Positions 29,378-39,088 of a stretch of 64,000 nt of DNA are shown one piece after another. The notes beneath the pieces are model-generated. The model was not told the DNA's origin. It saw only the letters and a list, made by a program, of their open reading frames with translations, and did not search any database. The stretch is from an uncultured Gemmatimonadota bacterium (lineage in GTDB: Bacteria > JAAXHH01). Location: assembly GCA_951812955.1 (NCBI GenBank), contig OX638340.1:1312001-1376000 (forward strand). The letters are read 5' to 3'. Position 1 is the first letter of the stretch; every line of letters begins with the position of its first letter. Made by a program: the position numbers and the translations under genes.

Positions 29378-30775
29378 TCATGAGGAGCCAAGGATTCGGC
29401 GCAAGAACTCCAGTGCACGGGGTATGGCGGTCGGCATTGACGTGATATCATGCGTTCCACCCGGGTAGATGAAGGCCTCGAACTCCGGCGCTCCGCGCCC
29501 GATCTCCTCCATGGCCCGTATCATGGATTCTGCCTGGGAGACGGAAACCACCCCGTCCATGTCGCCGTGGTGAACCTGCAAGGGGGGCAGATCCTCTGCA
29601 AAGAAGACGGCGGATCGCCGGATGAGCGCCAGCCGTGCGTCCTGGAGCGTAATTTCCCCTGCCCACCACGGTACTAAGTAGTTGGCGCGCAGGTATTCGA
29701 CACCGGGCAGGTCGACGGTCACGCCTCTCACCAGGAGACTGGCGATATCGCGCGCCCATTCATTCTGGAAATCCGTCGGGCCGAAGAACGTGATGACTCC
29801 CGCGATACGCGCGTCCCTTATCCCCATCAGCATCGCCACGCCGCCGCCTCTGCTGGCGCCCACGACGAAATACCGGTCGGTTGAGGCTTCCGGTATGGAC
29901 TCCATGACGAGACTGACCAGCGCCATCGCGTCGTCCGCGTCGCGGTCCCACGGACTGGCCGGACCCTCCGATGTCCAGGCCCGCCCCCCGTATTCGAGCG
30001 GTTCGTCCCGGAACGACGGGATCACGTAGATGAAGTCGTCCCGCATCTCTCCGAGGGCGATGGTCAATATGAGCAACGTGCTTTCCACCGACACGCCGTT
30101 GTCGCCGCCATGGGCGAATACCAGTATGGGAAGACGTTTCGTGCCCGCGCTGCTCGGCACGACGATAGCGCCGAAATGACGCACGCCGGCGACCTGGTGC
30201 GAGACGATCCGCAGGGTGGTCGGACTTCCCCCCATGCTAAAGGGTTCTTCAAACTCGACCGTCTCCCCGGCCGGCGAGACGTCCCGCGTGGCCCAGTCGG
30301 CGCGGACCGCCGACAATTCAGCCTCTTCGGGCGGTGCAAACAAAACTTCGAGCGAGTCTTCCACCGTGATCGCTTGGCCGCTGACGTTTACGGTAACGCC
30401 GGAAGCGCTTACAGCCAGCGTTTGCGGGCCTGAAATCGGGCCGAGCGTCCAGTTCGTGGAAGTCTTGCCGTCCGTACCGGTTCCGGCGGTTGTGGGCTCC
30501 GTGAAGCCGTGGCTGGGTGCGAACAAGACATGCGCGCCGGACATGGGCCGTTCTTCTTCATCGTGCACCTGGACCACGATCGGTTCCCGCAAGCTCGAAC
30601 CGGCCAGTGCGCGCTGCCCGTCGCCGGATACGATACTTATCCTGGCGGCACGGGGCAGGTCCGTGGGTTCGGGTGTGGTCGGACCTTCACTGCCGCAGGA
30701 AACCAGGACGGCTAGGGAAAGAAGCAACGTAATCGGAGAAAGGAGGCGCAGGCGGCAGGAAAGTCTGTGACGCAT
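29378..30775 (-). CDS. secreted lipoprotein alpha/beta hydrolase (prolyl oligopeptidase/dienelactone hydrolase-like) with N-terminal Ig-like region
   Basis: Lipoprotein signal (…LLLSLAVLVSCGS). …VVGASRGGGVAM… nucleophile-elbow-like motif. Confidence 0.6.
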   Translation of the reverse strand: MRHRLSCRLRLLSPITLLLSLAVLVSCGSEGPTTPEPTDLPRAARISIVSGDGQRALAGSSLREPIVVQVHDEEERPMSGAHVLFAPSHGFTEPTTAGTGTDGKTSTNWTLGPISGPQTLAVSASGVTVNVSGQAITVEDSLEVLFAPPEEAELSAVRADWATRDVSPAGETVEFEEPFSMGGSPTTLRIVSHQVAGVRHFGAIVVPSSAGTKRLPILVFAHGGDNGVSVESTLLILTIALGEMRDDFIYVIPSFRDEPLEYGGRAWTSEGPASPWDRDADDAMALVSLVMESIPEASTDRYFVVGASRGGGVAMLMGIRDARIAGVITFFGPTDFQNEWARDIASLLVRGVTVDLPGVEYLRANYLVPWWAGEITLQDARLALIRRSAVFFAEDLPPLQVHHGDMDGVVSVSQAESMIRAMEEIGRGAPEFEAFIYPGGTHDITSMPTAIPRALEFLRRILGSS

Positions 30776-31005
30776 GTCTGGTCCTGGTATCATCTCATAT
30801 GCGGAGAAACGGGCAGTTATCATCATCAACCGCCGGTCAATTATCCTTCATCTACGTTTCAAATTTACGCATTCTATCGTGCGACAGGCAGATAATGTAA
30901 GGGACGGTCACGGAGATTGGAAGTTCCTATTTCACGGATGCGTCAAATTAGAAGGGTTTGGCCGGAAATGGCAATCCGTCTTTCGTAACAGCGTCATGTG
31001 GCGAT

Positions 31006-32205
31006 CTAGGTGGTGACTCGCATGGCAGATACACGCTGAAGCATCAACAGGCACGCTATGCCCGCCGCGGCCAGCACACCGTTGAAACTGAATACCAGAA
31101 TCCAGGCCGACTGCACGTCGGAATGGTCGAGTATCGATCCTGCCAGAACAGGCGCGCCGGTTCCCACCACAAATCCGATGAAGGACTGCAGAGCCTGAGC
31201 AGAACCAACCAGGTTTCTCGGAGCGAGTTCCGTGACAGTCGTCGAGTAGATGGCGGAATCGGCGGCCGTAAAGAATCCGTAAAGAAAACCCAGGGCGACG
31301 AGGTATGTAAACGGCAATCCAACCAGCCAACCGGCCAGGAATGAACATGTGCCGCTGACTGCGAATATCCACAACGCCGACCTGATTCTACCGATCCTGT
31401 CCGAAGTCCATCCACCCAATAGCACGGCGAAGATACCAGTCATGAACATCAAACCAGCCAGGGTAGCGGCCCTCGATGCCGCGTTGTCCGGTTCGAGACC
31501 TCCCATCATGAGCGCTGCGCCGAGCAGCAGGGGAAGCCACAGTCGGGCCACGAAGAGTTCGGCCGTGTGCAGCGCGTAGGCCATGATCACCAGGATCATC
31601 CGACGGTCACGCAATGGCGCCAGGGACAGCCATCCGGCTATTCCGCGGCTATCCTTCTCCTGCGGCGTCCGTTCACCCCGCCCTGAAGCCAGAAACGCAG
31701 CTATAAAAATGCTTGCCAGACCGGGCAAAGTGGTCATCAGAAAAGCTGGCTCCCACCCTTCCAATCGATCCAGGAGCGTGCCCATGAACACGTATGAGAC
31801 CGTCGTACCTGCATAACCCGATCCCACGAAAATACTTACGGCCGTGGCCCTTCCCCTTCGGGCGAACCTGTACGACGCGAGACGTATACCGGTGATGTAA
31901 ACACATACATGACCGACCCCGTAGATGAATCGCAGCAAGCAGGCGGTCCACAACCCCTCCGCCAGAATGGGAAACAGGAACCCGCTGCACGCCGTCAACA
32001 CGACGCCGATGATCAGGATCCGATACGGATTGAACCGGTCGGTGAAGGGTACGAGCAGCAGGGACGAAACGGCATAACCAGCTAGGTACGAAGAGAAGAT
32101 CATTCCCGCCTGGGTATTGTTCAGTTCCCACTGCGCTCGAATAAAAGGAAGAGACGCGACGTAACTCGAGGAGGACAGCAGGATGAGAAACAGCACCCCG
32201 CTCAA
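31006..32205 (-). CDS. MFS transporter
   Basis: 12-TM-like hydrophobic pattern and MFS motifs. 399 aa. Confidence 0.75.
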   Translation of the reverse strand: MSGVLFLILLSSSSYVASLPFIRAQWELNNTQAGMIFSSYLAGYAVSSLLLVPFTDRFNPYRILIIGVVLTACSGFLFPILAEGLWTACLLRFIYGVGHVCVYITGIRLASYRFARRGRATAVSIFVGSGYAGTTVSYVFMGTLLDRLEGWEPAFLMTTLPGLASIFIAAFLASGRGERTPQEKDSRGIAGWLSLAPLRDRRMILVIMAYALHTAELFVARLWLPLLLGAALMMGGLEPDNAASRAATLAGLMFMTGIFAVLLGGWTSDRIGRIRSALWIFAVSGTCSFLAGWLVGLPFTYLVALGFLYGFFTAADSAIYSTTVTELAPRNLVGSAQALQSFIGFVVGTGAPVLAGSILDHSDVQSAWILVFSFNGVLAAAGIACLLMLQRVSAMRVTT

Positions 32206-32431
32206 CCCGGCGAGCCAGGCTATGCCCGGCCAGGAGGATGTGCCGGATTGATTTCGGTGGGTGGCTTGATCAGTTATCTCGGATGACCTCGTTGAGTCAA
32301 ATGAAACGTAGTTTGAAACGCGGTTGAATGAACGGTATTGAATGAACTATGCACTTGCAAATCTTGTTCGTCTAACTATCATCCCAATAGGAATTCGCTC
32401 AAGCAACCCTTAATACTGGGAGTAGTGCAAG

Positions 32432-33244
32432 TTGACCAAACTATTATGCTGGAACATTAATCGCGGGTCTGAAGAAAGTGATAGCTGGCGGGAAATAGCG
32501 AACTCGGATGCGGACATTGCACTGTTACAGGAGGCCAGAAGACCTCCTGAAGATCTATCGAATCGTTTGCAGGTGGATCCTGAAGCATTCACTCATGGTA
32601 CTTCTAGATGTGCAATCGTAAGCCTCTCCAGCAAGGTGAGCGTTCGTTTTTTAAAACCCATGCTTCTGAATGATATCGATCAAGAAGGCGACTTTACAAC
32701 CACACATCAAGGGTGCATTTCAGCCGCTATCGTCAGTCCGAATAAGGGAGAGTCGTTTACTGCAGTTTCAATTTGTGCCGAATACGAGCAGCCTCGATGT
32801 TCATCATGGAATGTAACTGACGCCTCGGTCCACCGCGTCATCTCCGACCTGTCCCTGTTCATTGGCAAACAGCGGGGACACCGTATCATCGCAGCGGGTG
32901 ATCTCACCATCAATCGAGGCTATGGTGAAGATAAAAGCGGCTACTGGAAAGGAAGGTATGACTCGGTATTCAATCGTATGGACGCCATCGGCATGTGTTT
33001 CGTCGGTCCGCAAAACCCCCATGGCTGTTCGGCCGATCCTCGACCGCAGAACATGCCCCAAGACAGCAAAAACGTGCCTACCTACTGCAAGTCGTTTAGA
33101 AAAAACCCAGCGGCAGCATACGATCAACTGGACTACGTCTTCGTGTCGGAAAGCATGGCCGATTCCGTCAAGGTGTGCGCCTTGAACCACCCTGAAGAAT
33201 GGGGGCCAAGCGATCACTGCAGGATTAAAATTATGGTAGAGTAG
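32432..33244 (+). CDS. endonuclease/exonuclease/phosphatase (EEP) family protein, copy 2 (paralog of 5007-5762)
   Basis: The same …LCWNI…DIALLQE… and …EEWGPSDHCRI… motifs. Roughly 40% identical to copy 1 by eye. TTG start. Low-GC segment. Confidence 0.7.
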   Translation: MTKLLCWNINRGSEESDSWREIANSDADIALLQEARRPPEDLSNRLQVDPEAFTHGTSRCAIVSLSSKVSVRFLKPMLLNDIDQEGDFTTTHQGCISAAIVSPNKGESFTAVSICAEYEQPRCSSWNVTDASVHRVISDLSLFIGKQRGHRIIAAGDLTINRGYGEDKSGYWKGRYDSVFNRMDAIGMCFVGPQNPHGCSADPRPQNMPQDSKNVPTYCKSFRKNPAAAYDQLDYVFVSESMADSVKVCALNHPEEWGPSDHCRIKIMVE

Positions 33245-33253
33245 AGGAAAAAC

Positions 33254-33820
33254 ATGGCTACACAAAGGAACTCGGACACAACCTACCTGGCCCTCCTGCG
33301 CGGAGTAAATGTGGGCGGAAAGAACGTGATCAAGATGGCGGATCTCAGGAACTGCTTCGAGGCCGAAGGCTTCCGCGACGTCGTCACCTATATCCAAAGC
33401 GGGAATGTGATCTTTCGTTCGCCTTCAACAGGGCTCAGCGTCCTGACAAACCGGATCGAGGAGATGCTGGCCGCGGCGTTTGACTATGAAGCGAGTGTCG
33501 TGTTACGCTCACGAAAGCAGATGCGGGCAGTGGTTTCCGAGGCGCCGGCGGAATTTGGAGAACGGCCGGAGACGTACCGCTACGACACCCTCTTCCTGAA
33601 GGCTCCCCTAACGGCAACTGCCGCCATGGAGTGCATCCCCGCCAGGCCCGGTGTGGATGAATCCTGGGCAGGAAATGGTGTGCTCTACTACTCGAGACGC
33701 ATCGACCAGGCCTCGCGTAGTTATCTCAGCCGTCTCGCGTCGATGCCCGTCTACCAGCGCATGACGGTCCGCAACTGGAACACGACGACCAGGTTGTTAG
33801 AGCTCATGGAAAGAGACTGA
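33254..33820 (+). CDS. DUF1697 family protein
   Basis: N-terminal …YLALLRGVNVGGKNVIKMADLR…GFRDVVTYIQSGNVIF… is the DUF1697 signature. 10 nt downstream of EEP copy 2. Confidence 0.7.
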   Translation: MATQRNSDTTYLALLRGVNVGGKNVIKMADLRNCFEAEGFRDVVTYIQSGNVIFRSPSTGLSVLTNRIEEMLAAAFDYEASVVLRSRKQMRAVVSEAPAEFGERPETYRYDTLFLKAPLTATAAMECIPARPGVDESWAGNGVLYYSRRIDQASRSYLSRLASMPVYQRMTVRNWNTTTRLLELMERD

Positions 33821-33924
33821 ATCGTGGCCAACCTGTCCGGTACCCGTGTCCGTTCCTTGCGGTCTACCAATCGCAGGTTTGAACAGTGATGTCCGGGTTG
33901 ATCGTCGCGTTAGAGGGCAAGGCG

Positions 33925-34395
33925 TCACTCGGCGATGCACCGTCCATCCTTAAACGCCAAAACCGGTGGTGCGGGAATTGAGCAGTCGGAAACGTACCCA
34001 TACAGCTCATTCATCTCAGCTTCAAAGGCGTCATACGCTGTCAGCCGAATAGCTAGTGCCGTCGAATCGGTGGACGAGACGGAGTAAACGATGTACGCCC
34101 AGGGACCGCCGCAGGGCTTGGAGCCCAGGCCCGCGTAGCGACAGTCTGCAATCGACACGCCCTCAGCTTCGCCGACGAGCGTGTCGATTTCCCGTCGCAT
34201 CTCCATTAGCTGCGCACGGTCGCCTTCCTCGGACCGTTGGTCGCCTTCCTCGGTTCGCTGTTCGCCTTCCTCGGTCTGCTGTTCGCCTTCCTCGGTCTGC
34301 TGTTCGCCATTATTGTCATCGCCAACGACAGGATCCCGGCCGTCACAACCAAGGAGTAAAACGGAGATCCATACCGCCATAACCAGGTATCGCAT
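33925..34395 (-). CDS. hypothetical lipoprotein with acidic EEGEQ(Q/R)T tandem repeats
   Basis: Lipobox …LLLGCDG. Four 21-bp tandem repeat units (34220-34303) encode an E/Q-rich tract. Cys-containing C-terminal domain. Confidence 0.5.
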   Translation of the reverse strand: MRYLVMAVWISVLLLGCDGRDPVVGDDNNGEQQTEEGEQQTEEGEQRTEEGDQRSEEGDRAQLMEMRREIDTLVGEAEGVSIADCRYAGLGSKPCGGPWAYIVYSVSSTDSTALAIRLTAYDAFEAEMNELYGYVSDCSIPAPPVLAFKDGRCIAE

Positions 34396-34600
34396 GGTCT
34401 TTCCTTTCTGTCAGAAAAGAGTCATAGTCCCCGCTATGGAGGACGCCTGGCCTCGCTAACGGTTCCACGAGCTTGACCTCTAATTGTTCGACCTTATTCT
34501 TGCCCAACGCCCTCAGTTCTTCTTCGACGGAGAGCAAATGTAGGTTGGCGAACACTTGTTGAACATCCCTACATTTCATCTCCGTTAAAAGTCCTTCGCC

Positions 34601-34650
34601 CCAAACCCTTGACACCACCATCCGATACTCCTTACTTCCCGTTGTAAGCC
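34601..34650 (+). promoter_or_regulatory. conserved upstream element with perfect TTGACA (-35-like), shared with the second MNT copy at 39796-39845
   Basis: About 45 nt, CCTTGACACCnCCATCCnATnCTCCTTACTTCCCGTTGTAAG, conserved at about 90% between the two MNT loci, whereas the coding regions are only about 80% identical. Confidence 0.4.
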
Positions 34651-34686
34651 CGGTTTTTGGTCGTGCCCCCAGGGATACTGGTAGCT

Positions 34687-34971
34687 ATGCACTCGATCAT
34701 CAAACAACACCGCACCGAGATCCTCGCCCTCGCCGAACTCCACGGCGTCGCCAATGTGCGCGTGTTCGGATCCATGGCAAGGGAAGATGCTGATGACTCG
34801 AGCGACGTCGATCTACTGGTGTCGCTGCCTTCTGGTAAAACAGGCCTCGCACTTGGCGCCCTGTTGATGGACGTGCAAGACCTTCTGCAACGGCGTGTGG
34901 AAGTCGTGACCGTGAAGAGTCTTCATCCTGCTCTCCGGGATAACGTGCTGAACGAGGCGCAGTCGCTATGA
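34687..34971 (+). CDS. mntA: MNT-type nucleotidyltransferase antitoxin (type VII TA)
   Basis: …VRVFGSMAREDADDSSDVDLLVSL… minimal nucleotidyltransferase motif (GS…D.D). Confidence 0.75.
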   Translation: MHSIIKQHRTEILALAELHGVANVRVFGSMAREDADDSSDVDLLVSLPSGKTGLALGALLMDVQDLLQRRVEVVTVKSLHPALRDNVLNEAQSL

Positions 34972-35312
34972 AATCCGACGCGCGGTCCGATAGAGTGTTG
35001 CTGGAACACATCCGAGAGTGTATTGACCGTATTAGTGAATACACCGGCTGTAAGCGCTCATCGTTCTACGCCTCGCGTCTGGTTCAGGACGCAGTGGTAC
35101 GTAATCTGCAATTGCTTGCGGAGTCAACGCAACGCCTGAGTAACGCTGTTAAAGAAACCGAGACGGATATACCCTGGCGTGCCATTGCAGGATTTCGAAA
35201 CGTGCTCGTACACGGTTATCTTGAGATTGACCTCGATGCAGTTTGGAGCGTGGTTGAACAGGACCTCCCGAAGTTATCCAGGGCAATCGATCGCATGGTC
35301 CGATCCGTATGA
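34968..35312 (+). CDS. hepT: HepT-like (DUF86) RNase toxin
   Basis: Rx4HxY motif (…FRNVLVHGY…). Overlaps the mntA stop by 4 nt. Confidence 0.75.
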   Translation: MKSDARSDRVLLEHIRECIDRISEYTGCKRSSFYASRLVQDAVVRNLQLLAESTQRLSNAVKETETDIPWRAIAGFRNVLVHGYLEIDLDAVWSVVEQDLPKLSRAIDRMVRSV

Positions 35313-35340
35313 TCTCTGGGATATCCCGCGCGAGTCCACC

Positions 35341-36474
35341 TCATCCCTGCCTGTCCAGCCTGCCCGTCCCCATTATCCGTTCCATGTTCCCACCCAGTAT
35401 CGCCGCCATCTCGTCCTCGTCGAGGAACGGGCAGTAGCGCCTCACATAGTCGAGGCTCTGGCGGTAGGTCCAGTGCAGCAGCACGATAGGGATGTCCGTC
35501 CCCCACAGAATACGGTCGGCGCCGAAGCATTCGACCATCTTTTCAAGGACCGGCCGCACCTGGGGCATGGGATAGTCCCAGTGCGACTGCAGGAACACGG
35601 CAAAGAGGATCTGGATGTGGAAACGGGGGTGCTCGGACGGCACGGCTTCGTATACTTCATCGGGAATGTCAAACCGGTCGCGGCCGGCGAACAACCGCCA
35701 GGGGAAGCCGTGGGTCATGATCACCTCGACCTTGGGGTAATGGTCCATCCAGGCCCGCAACGAACGTAACTCTTCTATGTAGGCGGAAGGCGATCCGACC
35801 GCGCCGAGAGTGAAGAACACCGGTATGTCCAGCTCGGCCACCGCTGCCCAGAACGGGTCGAAATCCGGCCCGGTCCATTCGGGCGACAGGCCGTAGAGCG
35901 GCCGATGGAAAGGAGCGAACTGAAGGCCAGAAAGACCGTGAACGCGGATCGCCCGTTCGAGTTTCGCAATGGCGTCGTCGGTCCTCTCCGGCATCCACCA
36001 TTCGGGGACCTGGGCCAGTCCCTGGATCCGCTCCGGATAACGCCTGCAGCATGCCGCGATGTAGCCGTCATCGAGTCCCATGTACGGCGTGCGATGCAGA
36101 AGCGCCCGGTCGATGCCCGCGTAGTCCATTTCCGCCACCAGATTCTCCGCGGAGAAGGAGAAATCCTCCGTCCATGGCGGCAGGGCCTGCTTGACAAATT
36201 CCTCGCCATCTACCGTCCACTCGGCCAGGCCGTGTTTGCCGGTGCGGAAGTTCGCGTCACGCAGGCCATCGAAGCGCCACGGAAGGTCGGGGTCGTAGAG
36301 ACCCGTGGCGTCGGCCGGAGCGCGGTCCTTACGCCGCCAGACGGGTTGCTGGCGTGCCTGGGCCATAAACATCTGCAGATGACGCCGGAATTCGGCATGG
36401 TCGTCGAAGCCGCCGATATCGCGCGGGGCGGGAAAGCAATAGGCGTGTCCGTCGTAGATCATGATATCGTCCAT
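35341..36474 (-). CDS. amidohydrolase-2 family metal-dependent hydrolase
   Basis: N-terminal …IYDGHAY… and …ILWGTDIP… motifs. 377 aa. Confidence 0.65.
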   Translation of the reverse strand: MDDIMIYDGHAYCFPAPRDIGGFDDHAEFRRHLQMFMAQARQQPVWRRKDRAPADATGLYDPDLPWRFDGLRDANFRTGKHGLAEWTVDGEEFVKQALPPWTEDFSFSAENLVAEMDYAGIDRALLHRTPYMGLDDGYIAACCRRYPERIQGLAQVPEWWMPERTDDAIAKLERAIRVHGLSGLQFAPFHRPLYGLSPEWTGPDFDPFWAAVAELDIPVFFTLGAVGSPSAYIEELRSLRAWMDHYPKVEVIMTHGFPWRLFAGRDRFDIPDEVYEAVPSEHPRFHIQILFAVFLQSHWDYPMPQVRPVLEKMVECFGADRILWGTDIPIVLLHWTYRQSLDYVRRYCPFLDEDEMAAILGGNMERIMGTGRLDRQG

Positions 36475-36569
36475 CTAAACGCGTTGACAGGATCATGCTT
36501 GCAGAGGTATTTTTCAGCAATTAACCATACCCGTCTTCACGCGATCTTCTTCGATCCTTAAGAATCGCA

Positions 36570-38087
36570 TTGACCGTCGGAGTGGTCTCAGTGAAAAGTA
36601 CCGAAATCCGTCCAATCTGGAATCCCCGTACCGGCATTGAAGGTCTTGACGGAGATCCCAATGAACTGAGTTCTTCCGAGATCCCCGGAATAAAAGCGAG
36701 CTGGACCGAGCAGCAGGAGCGGTTGAAGGACAAGGCCCAACTTTCTGACTTCACCGAGAAGTTGAGCCGGGAATGGGCAATAGAAACCGGTATTCTTGAG
36801 AATCTATACGAAATCGACCGTGGCGTCACGCAGACTCTCATCGAGCGGGGTTTTCAATCCGAAATTCTCAGCTACGGAACGACAAATAAGCCCCGAGAAT
36901 ACGTGATCCAACTCTTGCGAGATCAGAAGGAAGCCCTGGACGGCGTATTCGCGTTCGTCAAGAACGACCGGTCCCTCACTACGTCTTACATAAAAGAACT
37001 ACACGCGGCATTACTGCGCAACCAGCACACGACCGAGGCGCTCGACAGTCTGGGTAGAACAGTTGAAGTCCCGCTCCTCAAGGGAGACTGGAAAACCCAG
37101 CCCAACTACCCCGTCCGGGATGGCGTGACGTACAGCTACTGCCCGCCGGAACAGGTTAGTTCTGAGATGGACCGGTTGCTCGAGATGCATGAGGCGCAGG
37201 TCGAAAGCGGCGTGTCTGCCGAGGTACAGGCCGCTTGGCTGCATCATCGTTTCACCCAGATCCATCCCTTTCAAGATGGAAACGGACGCGTGGTCCGTGC
37301 GATCGCTTCACTGGTGCTCGTAAAGGAAGGACTTTTCCCGCTTGTGATAAGGAGGGACGACAGGGGCAGATACCTGGAAGCCCTCGAAGCCGCCGACCTC
37401 GGCGACCTGAACCCGCTTGTCATGCTGTTCACTGGACTGCAAAGAGATCAGTTCCTGAAGGCGACCAAGATATCTGAAGAACTACGTTTGGAAGAGGACG
37501 TGCAGGTAGTCTTGGACGGGCTGGACAGGGAAGCCCGCAGAATCGCAACGGAGAGGCTCAAGGCACACAGGGAGGTATTCGGTTTGGCCAGCGCTATCGA
37601 AAATGATCTAGAAGAACGTTTGAATACGATAGCAAAAGAAGTTTCGGGAGCACTAAATCAGGTAGCGTCCGGCGCAACTACATTCGTGCGAAGATCCGAC
37701 GAGAAAACGGATTATTTCTACAGGGCGCAGATCGTCAAGATTGCAAATGAACACATTGATTATTACGCCAATACGTCCGAATACCGATCATGGGTTTCAT
37801 TAAACATGCGATGGTCGCGTCGAGGGCAGTTGGTATTCGCGCTACACGGAATCGGCAAACCATTCAACGGTGGCCTTATCTGCGCGCCATTTCTGGAATT
37901 CAGAGATTACGACGATACCGACGAGGAGCACGGCGAGCGTCAATCAAATTCAACCCTCATTCCGGTCGCCGAGGAAGGTTTCGTTTTCTTCTACAACGAG
38001 GACAAGGATCGACTTCTCGGAAGGTTCAGGCCCTGGCGGGAAAACGTCCTCAAGATTGTCATAAAAGAACTCGCGCAAAACCTCTGA
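36570..38087 (+). CDS. Fic family protein (AMPylation/adenylyltransferase fold)
   Basis: Canonical Fic motif HPFQDGNGRVVR at the centre of a 505-aa protein. TTG start at 36570; an alternative GTG is at 36591. Lower GC than the contig average. Confidence 0.8.
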   Translation: MTVGVVSVKSTEIRPIWNPRTGIEGLDGDPNELSSSEIPGIKASWTEQQERLKDKAQLSDFTEKLSREWAIETGILENLYEIDRGVTQTLIERGFQSEILSYGTTNKPREYVIQLLRDQKEALDGVFAFVKNDRSLTTSYIKELHAALLRNQHTTEALDSLGRTVEVPLLKGDWKTQPNYPVRDGVTYSYCPPEQVSSEMDRLLEMHEAQVESGVSAEVQAAWLHHRFTQIHPFQDGNGRVVRAIASLVLVKEGLFPLVIRRDDRGRYLEALEAADLGDLNPLVMLFTGLQRDQFLKATKISEELRLEEDVQVVLDGLDREARRIATERLKAHREVFGLASAIENDLEERLNTIAKEVSGALNQVASGATTFVRRSDEKTDYFYRAQIVKIANEHIDYYANTSEYRSWVSLNMRWSRRGQLVFALHGIGKPFNGGLICAPFLEFRDYDDTDEEHGERQSNSTLIPVAEEGFVFFYNEDKDRLLGRFRPWRENVLKIVIKELAQNL

Positions 38088-38140
38088 ATCAACGATTGCC
38101 GGACCACCCAGATGTGCGATGAGGTTACGAATCCACTCCG

Positions 38141-38947
38141 ATGCATTCTCTCAGCACATGTACAGTTGACCATCCCACGGACGCCGAACGTTTTCTTTTC
38201 GATACCAACGGCTACCTGGTGTTGGAGGATTTCCTCCAGGAATCCCTTGTCGATTCGCTCAATTCCGCGCTGGAGCGGACGATAGCGCGCCGGCGCGACC
38301 CCGAATTCAAACGGACGCACGAACCGGCCTTCGCCGACAGGCTCGGTAAAGCCAATGCGCGGGTCATGCACCTGCTGGCCGAAGATCCGCTCTTTCTGGA
38401 CATGCTCGACTACGAACCGATGATGGCCTACGTGCACGGTCTGTTCAACGAGATGCCCCATCTGCATTCGACTGATGCCTTCTATGAAATCGAGCAGGAG
38501 GAATACCACGGGCAGGGCTGGCATACGGACGGAATCCAGGCCGGATTCCGCAACTTCCGGCCGCACATACCGTTGTTACAGTTCAAGGTGGGGTATTACC
38601 TGAGCGACATGTCCGAACCCAACCAGGGCAACCTGAACCTCGTTCCCGGTAGCCATAAGTCCGTGGTCGAGCCAGACACGGAGGACGGCATGCCCGGCGC
38701 CGTTCAGATCTGCGGGCGTCCCGGCACGGCCGTGCTATTCCACAACGGGGTATGGCATTCGGCCGGACCGTTCACACGTCGCGGCGGCAAACGGGTAATC
38801 CTGTACTATGGGTACGAACACCCGTGGATGCTGGCTTGTGCGGAACAGTGGCGGTACGACAGGGACTTCCTGAACAACCTCACCCCGGCGCAGCGACGCT
38901 TTTTCCACGGTTTCGTCTTCGACCCGCCCGAGTATCGCTGGGGATGA
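38141..38947 (+). CDS. phytanoyl-CoA dioxygenase (PhyH) family oxygenase
   Basis: …GWHTDG… and …LVPGSHK…FHNGVWHSAGP… motifs. Confidence 0.7.
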   Translation: MHSLSTCTVDHPTDAERFLFDTNGYLVLEDFLQESLVDSLNSALERTIARRRDPEFKRTHEPAFADRLGKANARVMHLLAEDPLFLDMLDYEPMMAYVHGLFNEMPHLHSTDAFYEIEQEEYHGQGWHTDGIQAGFRNFRPHIPLLQFKVGYYLSDMSEPNQGNLNLVPGSHKSVVEPDTEDGMPGAVQICGRPGTAVLFHNGVWHSAGPFTRRGGKRVILYYGYEHPWMLACAEQWRYDRDFLNNLTPAQRRFFHGFVFDPPEYRWG

Positions 38948-39088
38948 CCGGATGGGTCGGACGGACGGGATGACCGGACGATTCGAAACGAATTGCTATA
39001 AAAGTCCTGCTGGTGCCTACAGACGAAAGCCGAGTCCCGGGCAACCTGACTATCCGATTTCGTTGGCGTCCAGCGGGGATGAGCGTAA

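Noticed and set aside
28147-29460. N-terminal 30 codons of the 437-aa ORF (29371-29460)
   Set aside because: A Rossmann-fold start MELQVGIVGTG with a GAGGTG RBS at 29370 is far more plausible. The upstream extension would overlap the neighbouring lipoprotein gene.
33925-34395. Possibility that the acidic-repeat lipoprotein is an artefact of the repeats
   Set aside because: The ORF has a proper lipobox, a non-repetitive Cys-containing C-terminal domain, and in-frame 21-bp units. It is retained as a real gene.
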